From the IMG/VR virus record IMGVR_UViG_3300002054_000001, positions 1-51,138 of that record: a DNA stretch of 51,138 nucleotides, one strand, 5' to 3'. The first letter of the stretch is position 1. Each line of letters starts with the position of its first letter. This DNA is from a virus. The notes under the pieces are model-generated. The model saw only the letters and a program-made list of their open reading frames with translations, did no database searches and had not been told where the DNA came from. Positions 1-9,355 of the stretch are shown here, one piece after another. Both the position numbers and the translations under genes were made by a program.

Positions 1-49
1 CAAATGGTGGAACGAACTCAGCAAATCCTTATCCAAACGGCTTCGGAGC
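1..49. repeat. 49-bp exact terminal direct repeat, copy 1 (identical to 51090..51138); circular-closure overlap of the contig
   Basis: caaatggtggaacgaactcagcaaatccttatccaaacggcttcggagc occurs at both window ends. An ORF is continuous and in frame across the join. Confidence 0.9.
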
Positions 50-1715
50 AATCGCTGACAACATCATGACTCAGGCAATCGCTGAGGACATGATCGACAA
101 GGGCGTGAACGTAGTCCGACTTCCTATCCGATGGGAGCGACTCGAAAGTGACATCACTGATGGTACGACTGTAAACTTCGAGGCAGGATACAAAGGACTG
201 ATCGACACAATCTACGACAACGTAGAAAATGCGAATACAGTCAAGGGATCAAGCATGAAAGTATTTATTGACATTCACAACTACGGAGGATACGCACAGC
301 CAAATGGTCAAGCTGCTCTGATTGATGATATTCAAGCTGAGTACAATGCTTTCCTCATCGCAGTAGTAAATGAGTGGAGCGGACACAGCGCATGGGCTGG
401 TATCGACATCATGAACGAGCCACGACTCCTCAACAACGCAGGAGAGTGGAAAGTCGTATCACAAAGCGCATACGACGCACTTCGAGCTTCTGGCTACACA
501 GGTGTCATCATTATCGAGACATTCCCTTGGGCTGGACTACAGGACGTACTTGCCAATCATGCTGATGGGCCTTGGATCAATGAAGTTGGTGGAAACGATC
601 AAAACCTTATCTACTCATTTCACTGGTATCCTGATCCAAACAACGGAAATATCTCTGTGGGTTCACAGGGTAATACTCCTTGGGATCAATACGAGAGTCA
701 GACAGATAGTGAGAACTTCTCAGTATGTGATCCAGCGTTTGACTCATACCAGACTGGAGCAGGCACAGGAGAGTGTCGAGAGTACCAGAAACAAGAGCAG
801 CGCTACTCAGATGACAATAGTATCTGCGGCGGTACTCGGTACGTAGACACTGAAAACGGCACAACCCTCACTGACATCTCTGGCTACACATCATGTGACT
901 GTAGCGATACAGGAACGCCACCAGACGACGGAGAAGGTGCGCTCACTGAAATTGATCTTTGTAAGTTTGGAACGAAAGCATACGGAGAGGTCACAAACAG
1001 CAATCTCTCAAACTTCTCAGCAGAAGGCTCAGAGTTTTCAGGTGGCCAGGAAAACGTATCAATCGTAAACACTGCGGAAGCAAATAGTGGATGTGCAATG
1101 CAAGCTCGGTTTATCCCTGACGCTTCTGGCTCATCAGACATCTACGCAGAAATGAACATACCGTGTGACACAGACAATGATGTGTGGGTATCCTACCGAG
1201 TCAAGTTCTTGCCAGGCTTCGAGTTTGTCAAGGGTGGAAAGCTCAACGGTGTAGGTGGTGGTAGCACTCCAACTGGAGGCATCACTTCACAGAACGATCT
1301 CGACACAGGCTTCACAGCAAGGCTCATGTGGGGTGGAGGAAGCGGAAGTCAAAACTTCAACCTCTACGCATACTACAATGGTATGCCAACAAACTTCCCA
1401 GGCACTACTTTCGGAGAGTACACAGATACAGGCGTGACTCCACAAGTAGATCAGTGGTACAACATTGTGATGCACGTTGCTCTCAACACACCAGGACAGT
1501 CGGACGGTGTAATCGAGATGTGGATCGGAGGACAGAAAGTAGCGACTCTATCAGGACTAGAACTGCGCAAGCAAGGTCAGTCATGGTGTATCGACCACTT
1601 CTTGATCTCAATGTTCTACGGAGGTGGAGATCCTTCATGGAGTCCTTCACAAACAACAGAACTATTGCTCGCAGATATTCGTATCGGACGCAGTGGTGCT
1701 GACGTAACATTCTAG
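1..1715 (+). CDS. C-terminal part of the junction-spanning tail fibre/spike ORF (continues from 49853..51089; 983 aa in total): GH5-like glycoside hydrolase region, then a Polysacc_lyase-like (concanavalin-fold) domain
   Basis: The frame at 66 equals the frame of ATG 49853 once 1 is mapped onto 51090. GH5-type motifs are present: VVRLPIRWERL, FIDIHNYGGY, IDIMNEP, FHWYPD. C-terminal motifs: KGGKLNGVGGG, GFTARLMWGGG, WYNIVMHVALNTPGQSDGVIEMWIGG, SMFYGGGDPSW. Confidence 0.75.
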   Translation, partial: NGGTNSANPYPNGFGAIADNIMTQAIAEDMIDKGVNVVRLPIRWERLESDITDGTTVNFEAGYKGLIDTIYDNVENANTVKGSSMKVFIDIHNYGGYAQPNGQAALIDDIQAEYNAFLIAVVNEWSGHSAWAGIDIMNEPRLLNNAGEWKVVSQSAYDALRASGYTGVIIIETFPWAGLQDVLANHADGPWINEVGGNDQNLIYSFHWYPDPNNGNISVGSQGNTPWDQYESQTDSENFSVCDPAFDSYQTGAGTGECREYQKQEQRYSDDNSICGGTRYVDTENGTTLTDISGYTSCDCSDTGTPPDDGEGALTEIDLCKFGTKAYGEVTNSNLSNFSAEGSEFSGGQENVSIVNTAEANSGCAMQARFIPDASGSSDIYAEMNIPCDTDNDVWVSYRVKFLPGFEFVKGGKLNGVGGGSTPTGGITSQNDLDTGFTARLMWGGGSGSQNFNLYAYYNGMPTNFPGTTFGEYTDTGVTPQVDQWYNIVMHVALNTPGQSDGVIEMWIGGQKVATLSGLELRKQGQSWCIDHFLISMFYGGGDPSWSPSQTTELLLADIRIGRSGADVTF

Positions 1716-1727
1716 TAACACAAATAT

Positions 1728-2513
1728 ATGGCAGGCGAAGAACAAATGGACGCAGAAAATTGCACAGACTTCATCAAACGTGAGGATGTCAAAGCGATTG
1801 TCGAAGAATGTCTCCTACCTTTTGCGAAAAAGCAGGAGGAGTTCTTCGCTGCCGTTCGTGCAGAACTTATCAAGCAGGTTCGGATCAAGGGCTTCAATGA
1901 CTGTGAGAGCAATCTTGCAATTCAGAGTCGAGAGCTAGAAGCGATAGATCCAACCAATGCTGCGGCAGGAAAGATCCTCACACTGGTATCACGCCAGATC
2001 CCTACAGACATCTGTGCTGGAGGGTATACTGGAGCTTCTAAGACAGCTACTCTCATCGGAGGAAAGCCTCGTATCATCGACCCTCGCAACTACAACGTGG
2101 GCGATCGTATCATTATGGCCGACTCGAAAGAGCTGATTGACATAGCTCTAGGAAATCGAGAACACTTCGCAATCAAGAATACTGACTGTGCGCAGAAGTG
2201 TATCGTCCTCGATGCTCGTGCGAACTTCTCAATGGAGTACCAGCAGAACATCGCTATCGACATCTCACTGGAGTTCTCAGAAGATGACGGTGCAAACTGG
2301 CTACCAGTGGAGAACCGAGGATACACAGATGCGACAGGCGCTACAGGAGGCCGTCACGATCATATCGAGACTCATCTCTTTATGAACGTCGAACAGATCG
2401 CTCCTGGTGAAACATGGTCGCCGATGCTGCGCCATGTGGTCACAATCCAAAACAACACCTTCGAGCCTTTCGAGATCGAAGGACTTAACTATGGCTTCTT
2501 AATCGTAGACTAA
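1728..2513 (+). CDS. hypothetical protein, probably virion/tail-associated (261 aa)
   Basis: Long ORF in the late block, preceded by AAATATATG. No recognisable motif. Confidence 0.65.
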   Translation: MAGEEQMDAENCTDFIKREDVKAIVEECLLPFAKKQEEFFAAVRAELIKQVRIKGFNDCESNLAIQSRELEAIDPTNAAAGKILTLVSRQIPTDICAGGYTGASKTATLIGGKPRIIDPRNYNVGDRIIMADSKELIDIALGNREHFAIKNTDCAQKCIVLDARANFSMEYQQNIAIDISLEFSEDDGANWLPVENRGYTDATGATGGRHDHIETHLFMNVEQIAPGETWSPMLRHVVTIQNNTFEPFEIEGLNYGFLIVD

Positions 2514-2523
2514 CAACAAATAT

Positions 2524-2688
2524 ATGGTACTCATAAAAATTGGAGGCATCTCGATCAAGTCTCATAGTGAAAGGATCAAGAAAGAGATAGACGATGAAAC
2601 TGCAAAAGCAAGAGCTGACGAAAACGCAAACGACCCAAGTAACGGAGGAACGCCAGGAGGCGAAGGAGAAAGTAACCCACGAACTTAA
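2524..2688 (+). CDS. small hypothetical protein (54 aa); not in the ORF track (<60 aa)
   Basis: The ATG sits in the same TAACAACAAATATATGG context as gene 1728. The TAA at 2686 is followed 4 nt later by the next AAATATATG start. Confidence 0.4.
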   Translation: MVLIKIGGISIKSHSERIKKEIDDETAKARADENANDPSNGGTPGGEGESNPRT

Positions 2689-2692
2689 ATAT

Positions 2693-5431
2693 ATGTACGG
2701 ACAATTTCAAATAGTAGATGATTGTGGACAGGTCATCACCGAGTTCGGTGGGGGGTCGGCGATCGAGGCTTTACTACAACAACTGATAGATAAAAAAGAC
2801 TTCGAGACGAAGGCTCACACAATCTGTGGAGCAAATGGAAACTGGCACTATATCACTGACTTCATCGAAGACGGTGTTGTTGTCAATTCTACAGATGTCG
2901 ATAGTGGCATCTCTTGCGACCAGCCACAGCCACGAGACGCTGAGGTTAATTTTGTCTGTAACTCTACCAGTGGGACATACGATCAGCTCATCACTGTATT
3001 TAATGTAGATGGATCTGTAGACACCGCTGCATCAGCAACGATCGCAACAACAATCCCATGTAGCAATGCGGTCACAGTCGAGGGTGAGGTAGATGTACGA
3101 AACCTAAACGATATTACAAACAAAAAGTGCCACGAAATAGAGTCAAGTCTAGTAAACACTAGAACGAGTAATACTCCAGTAGGCGGTGAGGCAATTACTA
3201 CAGACATTCTCATATTCCCTAATGAAACTACAGATGTTAGTTTGCTAAGGGTATTGATACAGAATGGCAACCCAAACGCCCAGCCACCTGAGACTATGGA
3301 CATTCTTGTTAATGGTATAGTTGCGCCTATGACTGATCCTGTTGATGGATTTGCTCTCGGTGAGTTCGTTCCTGGTATATGGCTATACAGCTTCGACGTC
3401 TCTGGTATTGCACAAGTGAACGGTGAATACATCATCTCTACAGCTAACCACTCTGACTCTACAGGACTATTTTGGATTGCACATACAGATAGTGACAATT
3501 TCCAAGTAGAGTTCGACAGCGCATCTACACTATTCCCACAACTGACACTGGTAACAGAAGGTGTAGACCGATACTGTGAAATTACTCGAGCTGATGGATC
3601 AGTAACATTCGAAAATCCAGTAGGCGATATTATCCCTGCACTGCCAGAAGGGCTTACACGAGTGCCATGCACAGAAAAGCCAGGATGCGATGAAGCATGT
3701 AACCAAGACCTCGCAGAAAAGATTGCTAACGAAATTGCACAAACACAGGGAACGAAAGCTTGCTTTGTGACACCATCACAAACTGGCGACACTCTAAGTG
3801 AGAACGCTGTGCTATCAAATCTTGATGGACAGAACGAAGCAGATGTCACATATCCTGGTGCTATCTCAAACGAGCAAGTTCTGAACTTCGGTCAAATGGC
3901 AAGCGACATTGGCTACCCATACCCTACATTTGATGATGCTGGCATTCAGGTAAATAGCCTCAAAGTCATCGTCGAGAACCCAAGCGGTAATACTGGTTTC
4001 GTAGGCTGGAACATTGCAGGAAACGTATCAGACCAGACTTTCCCTGTTACTGCTAACATGCCACCTACAGAAGTGACATTTACATTCTCAGGTGGAGTTC
4101 AATCTCCGAGCAACACCGTAAACCCAAGCTCTGCTCACGGATTAGCTTCAAACCCTACATTCCCTAACAACGCTGACGGCACAGGTGGTACTAACAACGG
4201 TATGCGAGGCAACCTCAACTTTGCTTCACGACCAGACACTGACCAAATCAACATTGGTATCGGTGCTACAGGCATGTTGGTAGAAATTGACTTTGACTAC
4301 GCACCAGCAGTAAAAGCTACAATCACTACATTCCCAGACGGAACGAAGACTGGTATCAGCAACGGAGCTACGCTCACAGAAGCTGAAATCACAAACTTTG
4401 AAACCAACGGTGTATCTGTAGAGTGTGAAGTTGATGAGCCTACACAAGTATCTATCACACAAGAGTGTAAACAAGACATTGCAGACAAGATTGCAGAGGC
4501 AATTGCACAGAACAATGTTCAGCTAGGCAAAGTTTGTTATGAAATTGCAGGTGCAGCAGACAGTGCATTCTTTGCAGAAGATGCAGTAGAGATTCAGGGC
4601 GAAACAGTAAGCGTCTCATTTGATGACTTCAAGTTCACAATGCAAGAAGACGGTGGTTGGCAAACTGATTCAGCACTAAGAGCTGAGACTATTGAGAATA
4701 ACGGTACTATCAAGATCAAGTTTGATGAACCAGTTAGACTTACTCAGATTGAAGTAATTGGTCGTGACTCAGATACAGGCATGGGACTTGTTACTACTGT
4801 AGGTGAAGGAAACTTTGTGAACTACACTGGTGCAATTGACCCAACCTTCCAACAGCTACCAGCTAGCACACCGCTCATCTTACAGTCTGGCTTCATCAAC
4901 TTTGATGGTGGCGAAGTTACAGAGGTAGCTATCAGCTTCACCGCTGGATTCTCAAACGGTGCTAACAAGCTTGGTATAAGGCAGATGTCTTACCAAGACG
5001 CACCAGAGAAACGAGAAGCATTTGTAGAACGAGACAGAAACAATGCACTCATCTATACAGACGTTGCGACCAACGCTCCTGTAGACTTCTCACAAGCAAA
5101 CCTTACAGTTGTAGCATGTGCAGAAGAAGATGAGTCAGGACTACTAGAAATAGTCCAAGCTGCTACATTGCCGTTAGCTGAAAATGCTGGTGGCGTGCTT
5201 GTACCAAGTGGTACATCATTTACCTTGCCAACTGACGTGACGAGCTTCACAGTATCAGCTCAGTCAGGAACATTTGACATTAGTTTTGACGGAGGTGCTA
5301 CACAGCAACTTACAGGAAGGCAAATCTCGCGAACATGGGGTCAAGGAACAATTGAGACTATCAGTAACAGCTCACAAATTGTCATCACATCAAATGGTGA
5401 TGTCGATGTAATCTACGAAGTAACAGCCTAA
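2693..5431 (+). CDS. large tail fibre / carbohydrate-binding structural protein (912 aa from ATG 2693; the track start at 2594 is the alternative)
   Basis: ORF of more than 900 aa. ATG 2693 lies in CTTAAATATATGT, nearly identical to the start context of gene 38048. Internal duplicated module C[NK]QD[LI]A[ED]KIA..IAQ at about 3698 and 4466. Discoidin-like strand IKIKFDEPVRLTQIEVIG. Confidence 0.7.
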   Translation: MYGQFQIVDDCGQVITEFGGGSAIEALLQQLIDKKDFETKAHTICGANGNWHYITDFIEDGVVVNSTDVDSGISCDQPQPRDAEVNFVCNSTSGTYDQLITVFNVDGSVDTAASATIATTIPCSNAVTVEGEVDVRNLNDITNKKCHEIESSLVNTRTSNTPVGGEAITTDILIFPNETTDVSLLRVLIQNGNPNAQPPETMDILVNGIVAPMTDPVDGFALGEFVPGIWLYSFDVSGIAQVNGEYIISTANHSDSTGLFWIAHTDSDNFQVEFDSASTLFPQLTLVTEGVDRYCEITRADGSVTFENPVGDIIPALPEGLTRVPCTEKPGCDEACNQDLAEKIANEIAQTQGTKACFVTPSQTGDTLSENAVLSNLDGQNEADVTYPGAISNEQVLNFGQMASDIGYPYPTFDDAGIQVNSLKVIVENPSGNTGFVGWNIAGNVSDQTFPVTANMPPTEVTFTFSGGVQSPSNTVNPSSAHGLASNPTFPNNADGTGGTNNGMRGNLNFASRPDTDQINIGIGATGMLVEIDFDYAPAVKATITTFPDGTKTGISNGATLTEAEITNFETNGVSVECEVDEPTQVSITQECKQDIADKIAEAIAQNNVQLGKVCYEIAGAADSAFFAEDAVEIQGETVSVSFDDFKFTMQEDGGWQTDSALRAETIENNGTIKIKFDEPVRLTQIEVIGRDSDTGMGLVTTVGEGNFVNYTGAIDPTFQQLPASTPLILQSGFINFDGGEVTEVAISFTAGFSNGANKLGIRQMSYQDAPEKREAFVERDRNNALIYTDVATNAPVDFSQANLTVVACAEEDESGLLEIVQAATLPLAENAGGVLVPSGTSFTLPTDVTSFTVSAQSGTFDISFDGGATQQLTGRQISRTWGQGTIETISNSSQIVITSNGDVDVIYEVTA

Positions 5432-5432
5432 T

Positions 5433-8400
5433 ATGTCACAAGCAACAGTAAGAGACAACAAAAAACAAGTAACTTGCTATAGAACAGTAGTAGAAAATCC
5501 TACTGTTCTTGGCACAGAGATTGACGCTGTATTTGTAAACCACAATATACAGAATGTCCTCTCAGGAAGCCCAGCACAAATCGTAGATGGTCAAAATAAC
5601 CCAGGTGTTGCGTGGGCTGTTTCTGAGGGGCCGATTACATTTACAATCACAGCTGACCTTAATGCTGGTGACTACCTAAATGGACTCATGGTGTACGGAG
5701 CATTTGGTGCTTCACCAGCTGAGGCAGCAGACCGTATCTCTAATGTTATAGTCACAGGCCTCAAAGGAGAGTCACGAGGAACAGAGCGAAACTCTGGTGG
5801 CCCAGCAACATGGCACTATGATGGTGTGGGATATATCGCCGATGCAGACGAAACAATCACTATTCAGTTTGATGTTGAGCGAGCTGACCTTGGAGGTGGA
5901 AATCCTGGAGCAGCAGAGCTTGGTGAGATTGCACCTCTTATTCTTCCTGCTAACACACTTGTTACAAGTTGCAAACTTTTGACTACAGAAATAGACGGAA
6001 GCGTTACAGATTGTGGAGAACTATTCACAGGTGTAGCACTGCCTGATATGTGCAGTGACGATTGTGAAGCAAAAACAGATGAACTTCTACCATCAACATT
6101 TACATTTAGCCCAACAGGCGCACAAGTTGGAAATGGCGAACTCTTGTTTGGTGCAGGTGGAGCAAATGGTGGAGTAGCTGAACGCACATACGCAGTTACA
6201 AACATTGGTAAAAAACACACACTATCTTTTGACCACTTCTTTAATGGCAACGCAGGGCAAGATACATTCTTTTCTTATGAAATTGTGCAAGGCACTGATG
6301 TACTTGCGTCAGGACAATTAGAAGCAAACAGTACAACACCAGTCACAGAGACACACGACTTCTATCCAACAAAAGATGTCATTGTCCGATTCACAGACGA
6401 GAACCCAGTAGGAGGCGGTGCATCATCTGACATTCGTGTAACAGCAATTACAATTGAAGCTACATGTGAGTCAGTAGATTTCTGTAAAGTCCTAGACCTA
6501 GAATCATCAACGGATTATCAGGAACTAGCATCTTACGTAGCATCTAATCCGCTTGGAACAATCATTTTAGATAGTGATGTTGTTTTCAATCCTGCGCTTA
6601 ATGAGACGCAAGTAGAAAACGTAAACTTTGGTGGCCCAGAAAATTGCCCTATCCCTGCAACTGTCTCAGTGACCAGGCTACAAAACGGTGGCACATTCTT
6701 GATGACTGCAAATGGTGGGTTCGTAAACCAACCAGGCGGTGGTGACTACCAAGTTACTATCGAGCTGGACTCTGACTACAAAGGCAACATACACAGCCCA
6801 CGATGGGGACTAATTGCTGGTGGTATGCAAAGTAGTGAGCCAATGTTCTTCAATGCCAACCCTGTTATTGAGTACATACAAGGGCCAGGGGGTATCGGGC
6901 TAACTCTTCCTTACAATGGTGTATGGCATAACGGCAATAACCCAGCAGGTTCAAGGTTTGGTTTTGATAATGCACCGACACTTAGCTACAGAACAAATGG
7001 AAATGGTGGCTTCACCTCTACTACAAGAGTTTTCTTGCTAGACGGCCCAACAGTATCACGACCTACAACTTGTGAGTCTATTGAAGATCTTAAAAAAGCC
7101 ATTTCTGAAACTGAATGTAAAAACTGCTACGAATACCCTCTTGAAGAGCGTGTATTTACAATGCCTGGAGAAATGACTCTGGAGCGTGGCTACACGGTAA
7201 CAGTTACTCGTGATGACAACACTACAGATAGCGCAGTCTTAACAGCTGACGCAAGCCTTGCAGCGCAAGCTACAGCAGTCGCAACATACATCAACGGACT
7301 CGCAAATATAGATGGAACGGTCACAGCAGTAGGAAATACCGTAGTCCAATCTGATACATTGAACATTGCAAGCATTGATTTTGCAGTAGTTCCACTAACT
7401 CTAGGATTCAACGACAACGAAGGGCCTGTAGAGTCTATCCCTGATAAGGCTTGGGACAGAACAGACGGATCGACTACAGTACGAGTAGAGTTCGGTGCAG
7501 CACAGCCACTTAGTGGCCCTACAGGAGGTAACGGTGTCGTCATGCGTAACCAACTAGCAACTGATATAAATAACGTATCAGTCACAGCAGGTACACAGCC
7601 TACCAATATAAGAGTAAGGCTCAATGACCTAGACGCAGGAGCTGGCGTAGAAGAACACGTAAACGTATCACCAGTACCTACTAGCATCAATGCTGTGGGT
7701 GGTGCAGCTGTACTTAATGGAAGTGTAATTGAAGCTACAGTTGGAAACACTGATGTAGATGTTTTCATTGATGGTAATAGCATGGACTTCAATACAGTTG
7801 CTGACATGGCTCCTAACAGAGGTATCGGTGTTCGTGAAGTAGAGCTCAACTGGGACTACGCATCTGCATCTTCATCTACAAGCGGAACTCTTATAAAGGC
7901 TTACGAATGCGGTGGTGAATGGACTGATGAAAATGGCGCAACCATTTCAGAGCCATCAGGCGCATTGCCTTGTGGAGTTGCAGAAGCAATAGAAAATAAG
8001 CCTCCAGGAACATTAAATGTCGAAACAGCGCCGATATATGAACACATGACAATCTGGGCGGAAGAAGGTGGCGCACTATCTAACAACAACACACAGTGGA
8101 GTTACGGTAATGGTGCTACAGGAAACATCGGTATCAGGATTGATGACGGATGGGAAATCACTGCTATCAGTATGCACTTTGATACTGGTGGATCTGGCGG
8201 TGAAAACGCAACGATCTCAGTACGAGACTTCCAGGGCGCAGGAGCAGGATTAGTTCTCGCACAGGCGCAAATCACTGCTGCTGGAGATGGTCAGGACAAC
8301 AACTCACATATCTACGAAGAACTTGCTACACCTGTAGCTGTGCCTAATGGTGCAGTCATCGGCTTCCGAACAGAAGCAGAAACAGGTGGGTGGGCTGATG

Positions 8401-8465
8401 GGCGTGTATCTGTACGTCTGCGAAAACAGGCTGGTACAGTTGTAACAAACGTAACACTATCGTAA
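5433..8465 (+). CDS. large tail fibre / structural protein (1010 aa)
   Basis: Long ORF directly abutting the previous gene (TAATATG). Gly/Thr/Asn-rich beta-type composition. No enzyme motif seen. Confidence 0.7.
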   Translation: MSQATVRDNKKQVTCYRTVVENPTVLGTEIDAVFVNHNIQNVLSGSPAQIVDGQNNPGVAWAVSEGPITFTITADLNAGDYLNGLMVYGAFGASPAEAADRISNVIVTGLKGESRGTERNSGGPATWHYDGVGYIADADETITIQFDVERADLGGGNPGAAELGEIAPLILPANTLVTSCKLLTTEIDGSVTDCGELFTGVALPDMCSDDCEAKTDELLPSTFTFSPTGAQVGNGELLFGAGGANGGVAERTYAVTNIGKKHTLSFDHFFNGNAGQDTFFSYEIVQGTDVLASGQLEANSTTPVTETHDFYPTKDVIVRFTDENPVGGGASSDIRVTAITIEATCESVDFCKVLDLESSTDYQELASYVASNPLGTIILDSDVVFNPALNETQVENVNFGGPENCPIPATVSVTRLQNGGTFLMTANGGFVNQPGGGDYQVTIELDSDYKGNIHSPRWGLIAGGMQSSEPMFFNANPVIEYIQGPGGIGLTLPYNGVWHNGNNPAGSRFGFDNAPTLSYRTNGNGGFTSTTRVFLLDGPTVSRPTTCESIEDLKKAISETECKNCYEYPLEERVFTMPGEMTLERGYTVTVTRDDNTTDSAVLTADASLAAQATAVATYINGLANIDGTVTAVGNTVVQSDTLNIASIDFAVVPLTLGFNDNEGPVESIPDKAWDRTDGSTTVRVEFGAAQPLSGPTGGNGVVMRNQLATDINNVSVTAGTQPTNIRVRLNDLDAGAGVEEHVNVSPVPTSINAVGGAAVLNGSVIEATVGNTDVDVFIDGNSMDFNTVADMAPNRGIGVREVELNWDYASASSSTSGTLIKAYECGGEWTDENGATISEPSGALPCGVAEAIENKPPGTLNVETAPIYEHMTIWAEEGGALSNNNTQWSYGNGATGNIGIRIDDGWEITAISMHFDTGGSGGENATISVRDFQGAGAGLVLAQAQITAAGDGQDNNSHIYEELATPVAVPNGAVIGFRTEAETGGWADGRVSVRLRKQAGTVVTNVTLS

Positions 8466-9067
8466 TGGGAACACACGAAACACTAGAGGCGATGCAGGCT
8501 CAAATAAATACGCTTGAAGCGTTGGTCACTGGATCTTTGCAGAACTGGAACACAGATCGCATTTCTGGCCGCTTTTACCTGTACGCTGGTAATCGTTGGG
8601 TCACTTCTGGCGATGACAACTACGGAACTACATACTTTCAATTCAATGAAAGTGGTGGCACAGGTAATGATCCTGTATACGAATGGGAGCATCGAGGTAT
8701 TCTCGTCGCTCCTGGAACTGTACTCACTGGCTTCGATATTGTCGGAGATGTGAACAACACACAGGTCACAGATGTCGAGTATGTCGTCGTAGAGCGAAGG
8801 CCTGATGATGTCGCTGCGTGGGATAGTGGTTTTGACAACGACACAGAGATGGAGAACATCGTTATTGATCGAGACTTCTTTTGGGATCACAGTGCTTCAC
8901 CTGTGAAGACTGGAAACATCAATGATACTCACGGTACGTTTGTCACACTGGACACACCGCATCTTTTCACAGAGTATGCTTTCCTCACGATCTATTGTCG
9001 TCCAGTAGGAAACGTCACAGGCACACGATACTTCAATGCAGACATCCGCTATAAGATGAACACATAA
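8465..9067 (+). CDS. hypothetical tail-associated protein (200 aa)
   Basis: TAATG stop/start overlap with the upstream fibre gene. The composition resembles the C-terminus of the 5433 protein. Confidence 0.6.
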   Translation: MGTHETLEAMQAQINTLEALVTGSLQNWNTDRISGRFYLYAGNRWVTSGDDNYGTTYFQFNESGGTGNDPVYEWEHRGILVAPGTVLTGFDIVGDVNNTQVTDVEYVVVERRPDDVAAWDSGFDNDTEMENIVIDRDFFWDHSASPVKTGNINDTHGTFVTLDTPHLFTEYAFLTIYCRPVGNVTGTRYFNADIRYKMNT

Positions 9068-9076
9068 TATAAAAAT

Positions 9077-9325
9077 ATGGAGGTACAAGTTTTTGAAAGG
9101 TTGGCAGAGTTCGGGATACTAGCGGTCATTGTTGGCTTCCAGTTCTGGTATATCCTACGGAAAGACAAAGATCAAAAGGAAATGATGGATACTCACCGCA
9201 TCGAGCGTGAGGCTTTCATCGGTTCTATCAAAGAGAATACTGATGCTACTCGTGAGACAAAGACTTTCCTACAGACTCTCAATGGCACACTGCGACAGGC
9301 TATCCGAGACAAGGTAGGTAAATAG
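9077..9325 (+). CDS. holin-like small membrane protein (82 aa, one TM)
   Basis: TM segment FGILAVIVGFQFWYIL followed by a charged tail. Lies two genes upstream of the peptidase. Confidence 0.5.
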   Translation: MEVQVFERLAEFGILAVIVGFQFWYILRKDKDQKEMMDTHRIEREAFIGSIKENTDATRETKTFLQTLNGTLRQAIRDKVGK

Positions 9326-9334
9326 TGGTATAAT
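9326..9334 (+). promoter_or_regulatory. extended -10 promoter TGGTATAAT
   Basis: Perfect TGnTATAAT in the 30-nt gap before gene 9356. Confidence 0.45.
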
Positions 9335-9355
9335 AAAGATACTTAATATAAATCT

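Noticed and set aside
2983-3849. Long minus-strand ORFs (2983..3849, 7190..7849, 17579..18052, 42916..43323, 45688..46209 and others).
   Set aside because: Each lies wholly inside a longer + strand gene that has recognisable motifs or module context. Their translations are Ser/Cys/Val-rich low-complexity strings typical of antisense shadows. No promoter or terminator is oriented for them.
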